A stretch of 64,000 nt of DNA, taken from NCBI RefSeq assembly GCF_009914755.1, contig NC_060938.1. One strand, given 5' to 3'. Of this stretch, positions 57,934 to 64,000 are shown one piece after another (within the stretch, counting starts at the first letter, position 1; each line of letters starts with the position of its first letter). The notes beneath the pieces are model-generated. The model did not search any database. It was not told where the DNA came from and was given only the letters and a program-made list of their open reading frames with translations. A program made the position numbers and the translations under genes. The stretch comes from the human T2T-CHM13v2.0 reference genome, Homo sapiens.

Positions 57934-60454
57934 ATAGGAAGCATCAGGGCTGGGGCCATAAAAAGCCTGTGGCCAAGGACATTGCAATAAGACAGAGAAT
58001 TTTAGATACTTCATTAATTATTTTTCCTACCAGTTAAGGATTCCTTGTGTAATGACAGAACAAGGAGAAGACAGCAAAATAATACTAATGCTAATAAAAA
58101 TATGTAATACAGAGTACTTATGATGATATAAGCATTGTTTTGTTTGCTTAGATTATTCTGTCTGGTGTTCTTAACAGCCTGTATGCTGGGCAATAAAAAT
58201 AGAGTCTCAGGAAAACAGAACCAAGTTTGCTATAATTTGGAGAGACAAAACTAAGCTAAGATTCTTTAAGTAATGTTCATGGGGAGTTTGTGCATATGAT
58301 TTATCAGAAAGAGCTGCTTCTACCAGGGCTCATAATAATAATGGTTCCCCTGAACTGGATGCTAAATTTATCACCTGGTTATTTTGGGCTTCTCTTGCCA
58401 GTAAGCCTATAGAAAACAAAAACAAAAACTTTTGCTATAACCTTGATTATTCAGAGAAAATAAGGTTTCTGCTACACAGCAGGGACAGGACATGGTTGGC
58501 AACTGGGAAAGACACTCAGCAAATATTACAGATACCAGAAGGAACCTGGAGAAACTCTGATTCTTTTTCATTTTGTTCTTAAAAAGCAGGCGTCTGAAAT
58601 GTGCCCAACTTCAGCTAAAGAAAAAAACACTATTGTTGGGTCTAGACACAAAGCCTGATTTGCTGATTTTATTTTTCTTCATTTAGTTATTTTATTGTTC
58701 TGTAAATATGGACTTACCTTTTTTGCTTCTTTATTTTATCTTTTGGTAGAACCTTGAGCAGGGACACCCTAGACGTTCAACTGTTCCGTGTGATCAGTGT
58801 CTGCCTTAAAATGTCTGAATTCCTGTACTGCATTTCCCAGTGAAGTTTAGTGTTTATGGCAATCCTCCCGATGGGGAGAGAAATGAGCCGGCGAGGCCAA
58901 AAGCAGCATCTGTGACTTGCTAGGATCAGCTGGCTCTGTGTGCATGATTTCCACTTCAAAGGGTACACAGACAACTTGGTGATAGTCCATTTATTGCAGC
59001 CTGGTCTTGTCAATTAGTCAAAGTTATCTTCTATACAGCTACAGTAAGTAATGTAAAATCATTTACAATATAGGTGTTAGAACAGCAGAGACCCTTAGAG
59101 TTCATGTATTTGACTTCCTCCTTGCACAGTTGAGGAAATTATGAAATGCATGTCTTTAGCTTCTTCATTCTACAGTATTTATTGAGATTTTTTTATGAAG
59201 AAGAAGGATAAAAAGATACAAACTTGTATGAAGTTAGGGAACTGGAGAAGCTAACTCATTTTCTCTTTTTTTTCCTGTGTCTTTGGCACCTCTATTAGAT
59301 CTGGTCCGTAGTGGGTCTAAATAAGTATTTATTGAAGAAGTAATACATGCTTTATAAATGATGGCCAAATAGCTGTTTGAATGGATAAAAAAGCTTCATA
59401 AAGAAAGTGATACTTGTACTACGTCTTGCAGGATGTGGGAGAATTGGAAAATGAGAGAGAATAGAGAAATTAACCAATATTATAGTCCAGCCAACAGCAA
59501 AGATTGAACTAAAATTCTGGTCTGGTCTAGAGGTAAACCAATAGGCTCACTTTCCAAAAGAAAATCTGAAGCATTTAAGATTATTTAATAAGGAAGAATT
59601 TCCTCTGGTGTCCTGAATGAGGAATCTTTGGGGCGAGAAGGGTCCTGTCCTATTTATTATCCTTAAGAAATTCCTTGCTATTTTTAGTTCTCAACATCAG
59701 CTACTTCTCATTACTAAGTAAAAGCCAGATTACTTAACTTGCACTCACCCTAATTCATCTTATCCACTGGCAGCAAATTCCTTCCTTAGAATACTTCCCC
59801 ACTGGTTTTTGAGAAGTGAAAAGGATTAACATATATGGCAGTGGAGTGTTTTATGTAATAGTCTTTTTATTAACCCCATTATCCAGCTGTTGGGGTGCTG
59901 GGTAGAGAAGGAAGGGAGGAGGAGGAAAGTAGTTGTTGGCACTGGGGGTTCAGAGCCGCCCCAGCTCCTTGAGATGAAGGGATGAAAATAAATCCTCTGT
60001 ATTACTGAAGCATGTGAATGCCATGAAGTAGTGGGACCTGAATCAATACATTGCATTTACAGCAGAGCAAAAGAAAGAATAGGGTTTTCAGAGTTTATTT
60101 ATCCTGCTTCTCTGAAAAATACCCGTGTGAACTATTGGGCTGAGAGTGTTGAGTCCATTGAATTTGACTCTTTCACTGCCATATCTTTGGAGAGAATGCC
60201 TTCCCAAAGAGTCATATCCAAATGTAATGTCCCTCCCTTCTCTTATGAGTGACTTACTTTTGGTATTCCACTGGGTGGAAAAAAGCTTTTCTTACAGGAT
60301 ATATGAACTAATAATAGTTATACGACTGCTTCGGATTTGTCGCGCTCCCCTTGGATAAGTTTAATATGATTTTGTACACATTAATTAATTATCTTAATAA
60401 CAGACAAAATAGAAGGAAGCCACTACCGTCCTTTCCAGTGCATCAGATGAATCA

Positions 60455-60785
<331 letters not shown>

Positions 60786-60985
60786 AAAATGGATCAAATA
60801 AACACATACATATTGTGGAGATTGTGAGAAATAAGCCTTGTTCTATGTGTCTCAGGTTTACCTGAACTCCAAGTAGCCCTGATGACTATATGGCAGTTAT
60901 CACAATAAGCAACAGCATAAAGGACTTTGAGAAATCAACAGATCTTATTTTTAAAAATGAATTTTCTTAAACATGTATTCACTCA

Positions 60986-61308
<323 letters not shown>

Positions 61309-61311
61309 TCA

Positions 61312-61835
61312 ATATGATTAAGTACCTACTCTGGGCTAGATATTAATTAGATCATTGAGAGTGTAGGTGTAAGCCAGGCAGCCAGACATCAATTCTCATG
61401 GACTTGCATTCTAGAAGGAGATTGAAGAGATGAGGCAACAGTTGTAGAGAACACCTTACTGCTCATGGGATAGAAAATTACCACTGGGATGAGGGAAAGT
61501 TGCTACTTTTGATTGTGGTCAAGAAAAGCTTTTCAGGAGATCACCCTTGGCTTGAGGCTCATTGATAAGAAGAGGCCAGCCATGCAAACATCTGGGGGAA
61601 GAGGAAAGAGCAAGTGCAAAGATCCCAAAGCCACAGAGATGTTTATGTGCTGGGAGAACAGAAGAAATCCCAGTGCTTGTAGTGCAGTGAGCAAAAGGAA
61701 GTATGAGGCCAGGTAAAGTAAGAAAGGTTGGCAAGGGTCAGATCATGGAGGGCCTTTGGGGCTGTTGTAAAGAGTTTCATTTCATTCTAAGGCAATTGGA
61801 ATCCATTTGAGAATTGTGAGCGGGAGAGTGGTAGG
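61312..61835 (+). mobile_element. L2 remnant
   Basis: 'ggaaagagcaagtgcaaagatcc...cagatcatggagggcctt...gagtttcatttcattctaag'; orientation call uncertain. Confidence 0.65.
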
Positions 61836-62749
61836 GACCAATGGCCAGTATGTGATGACAGGTAATGTGATCTATGCTCCTATTTTTAGGGGCAGGCCTC
61901 CTTAAAGATCCATTTATTGATTTAACAATATTAAATGAAAGTTCACTATATGCCATGCTATAGTGTTCTAGGGTTTCAGCAGTGACTATGACAGGTCTCC
62001 AGCTTTATTGAGCTTACATCTTATTGAGGAGAGGCAGACAAAAACGAATAAGAACCGTGAAGAAAATATAGAGTTTATATGATAAAAATTAATGGGATGA
62101 AGTGCTGGAAATTTCACTGGATTGGAGACCACTAGGGCTACTTCAGTAATTAGTTTTGAGGTCTCCTGTTGTTGTTTCTCAGCCCTGATGGTCAAGAAAT
62201 TCTTTCCTGTTTTGCTTGTTTCCATTTCTGTCTACTGCTTTTTATTCTGTTGTCCTCTTAGGTAGTACACAGCCCTTTTTCTGAAAGTCTTATCTCTGAT
62301 GAAGAAAACACTTTTTCTCTTCAAACAGTAACTTAGTCTTTTGCTTTATTTCCTAGAGACTCTGATTTCCTAAAGTTTTTCATATTTGTTCTATGTATTC
62401 ATTCTTTTCATTATTTTTGTTGCTCTCCACATAAAAATATAAAAACTTATCCTGTAAAGAAGTATTAATTTAGACATCATTTAGCCAGAATATAGCAGAA
62501 GAATTATTTTACAGTTCTTATAAGGTACCTACTAATCCTCCCTCCTCCCTGCCCCCTCCCTGTCTTCTCTTTTCTCCTTTCCTTCCTTTCTTTTTCTCCT
62601 ATCCCAAAATACTAGTTAAATAGTTTCTCTCCTTTAAAGTACTTTAAAGATAACTTCTTCATAATGAACTCTTGTGTGCATAAGCATTTCTTTTCCTGTT
62701 AAGAAGCAGTGGACAATTTTTTTGTTTTAAAGACATTCTAGAAGATTTA

Positions 62750-62905
62750 AAAAAATTATTGTGGTAAGAACACCTAACTGTGAGATCTATCTTCTTAATA
62801 GATTTCTAAGTGTACAATACAGTATTAGTAACTGTAGACATTATGTTGTGCAGGAGATCTCCATAACTTATTCATCTTGCATTACTGAAATTTTATACCT
62901 GTTGA
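62750..62905 (-). mobile_element. L1M (L1MA/MB) 3' fragment
   Basis: 'gtggtaagaacacctaac.gtgagatcta...taagtgtacaatacagtatt...aacttattcatcttgcat'. Confidence 0.75.
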
Positions 62906-64000
62906 TTAAAACTAAAGATCCTTTTCAAAAAATACTTCTTAAGCCATGGCTTCCCCTGGTTGTGGACTGTAACCCTTGATGTTATTGACCATCTTGGGAT
63001 TAAGTTCCATTAAGAAAGACAGTGTTAGACATTGTGGAGAAATAATAGCAAGGAAATGTTTGTTCTGGTCCACCAAAATATTGAGGGACCAATTTTAACC
63101 TCCACATCGTTCCTTCTGGGGTTTTCAGGATAAGAAAAAAGGAGCTGTGGCTTGCTGCTATTTCAGTAGTCAAATAAATATTTTTAAATTGCTTGTTTCA
63201 TTAGTAGGATGTTTTTCTGAAAAGACAGAGTATATACCCCTCAGGATATTTCTGCCAATGTGTTAAAGTATTTGTAAAAAAAAATAAAATAAATGGCTTT
63301 GTAGAATGTTCTTGTTTCCCAAATGGCTACTGATTTTCTTAAGAAAAAGGTAGCAGCAATTTGCTGAAAAACAAAAATGACCTTTTATTAGTCAAGAGAA
63401 ATAAGATAACTAATTTAGATTGAATGTGTTTATCCTACCAGGGTCCAAAATTTCTATTTTCATGTATTCTCCTTTTCTTATAAAGGCTCCCTTTGGAACT
63501 ATCTAGGAAGGACCTGCCAACATCCTTGAACAGTGACCATTCAGTCTCTACTATACTAGAACCCATCTGATGATGAAATTTTGACTATATTTTTGGAGAT
63601 TTCATTCTGTCATTGGATAGCTCTAGGAAGTGCTTTTACACCTTTTGAGCTCTGGTCTTGAGTCCAGTAATTTTTACGTATCAGTCCTTGTTCTGCCTTC
63701 CAAAACCGCATAATCCTCCTTCAACTTGACGTCCTTTATGTGTTTTGAGATGGCCCCCATGGGCTTCCAAGTGTTTCTGGCTAAATATCCTGAGCTCATA
63801 CATGTGTTCTTCATACAGCAGCACTTTGAGGCCTCTCTCCATGCTGGTTACCTTCCTCCCAAGTCTGAGTTTTAATGTCCTGTTTAAAATGTTATGAACA
63901 CAGCTACTTAGAAAGCTGTGCAGTCATCTCAGAGTAGAATCAGACAAGGACCTCCTTCACACGAAGTGCTTCCTGTGAGGACCTATGTAATCTGCTCTGT

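Overview
Primate, most likely human, non-coding genomic DNA: AT-rich, CpG-depleted and rich in interspersed repeats, consistent with a very long intron or intergenic region. I find no convincing host protein-coding exon, RNA gene, CpG island or prokaryotic feature. The only long ORF (1927-3360) is a broken L1 ORF2p fragment. Repeats include about 14 Alus (J/S/Y), several L1s, MaLR/ERVL solo LTRs, MER2, MER5, MER58, MER85, MIR, L2 and CR1/L3; subfamily calls come from recalled diagnostic motifs, not from a search. Structural highlights: a three-level nested insertion with all TSDs intact, a twin-primed inverted L1, an internally primed tail-less L1 fragment with GC-skewed substitutions, a 228-bp non-tandem doublet, a ~440-bp fold-back around a TA-rich core, and a MER85 with an intact PGBD3-type palindrome. 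Possible functional signals: a perfect RFX X-box and three plus-strand splicing signals (a recursive AG|GTGAGT site, a TGCATG/RBFOX cluster behind a weak 69-nt candidate exon, and a 37-nt candidate exon). I cannot identify the host gene and cannot demonstrate a new biological system from sequence alone.
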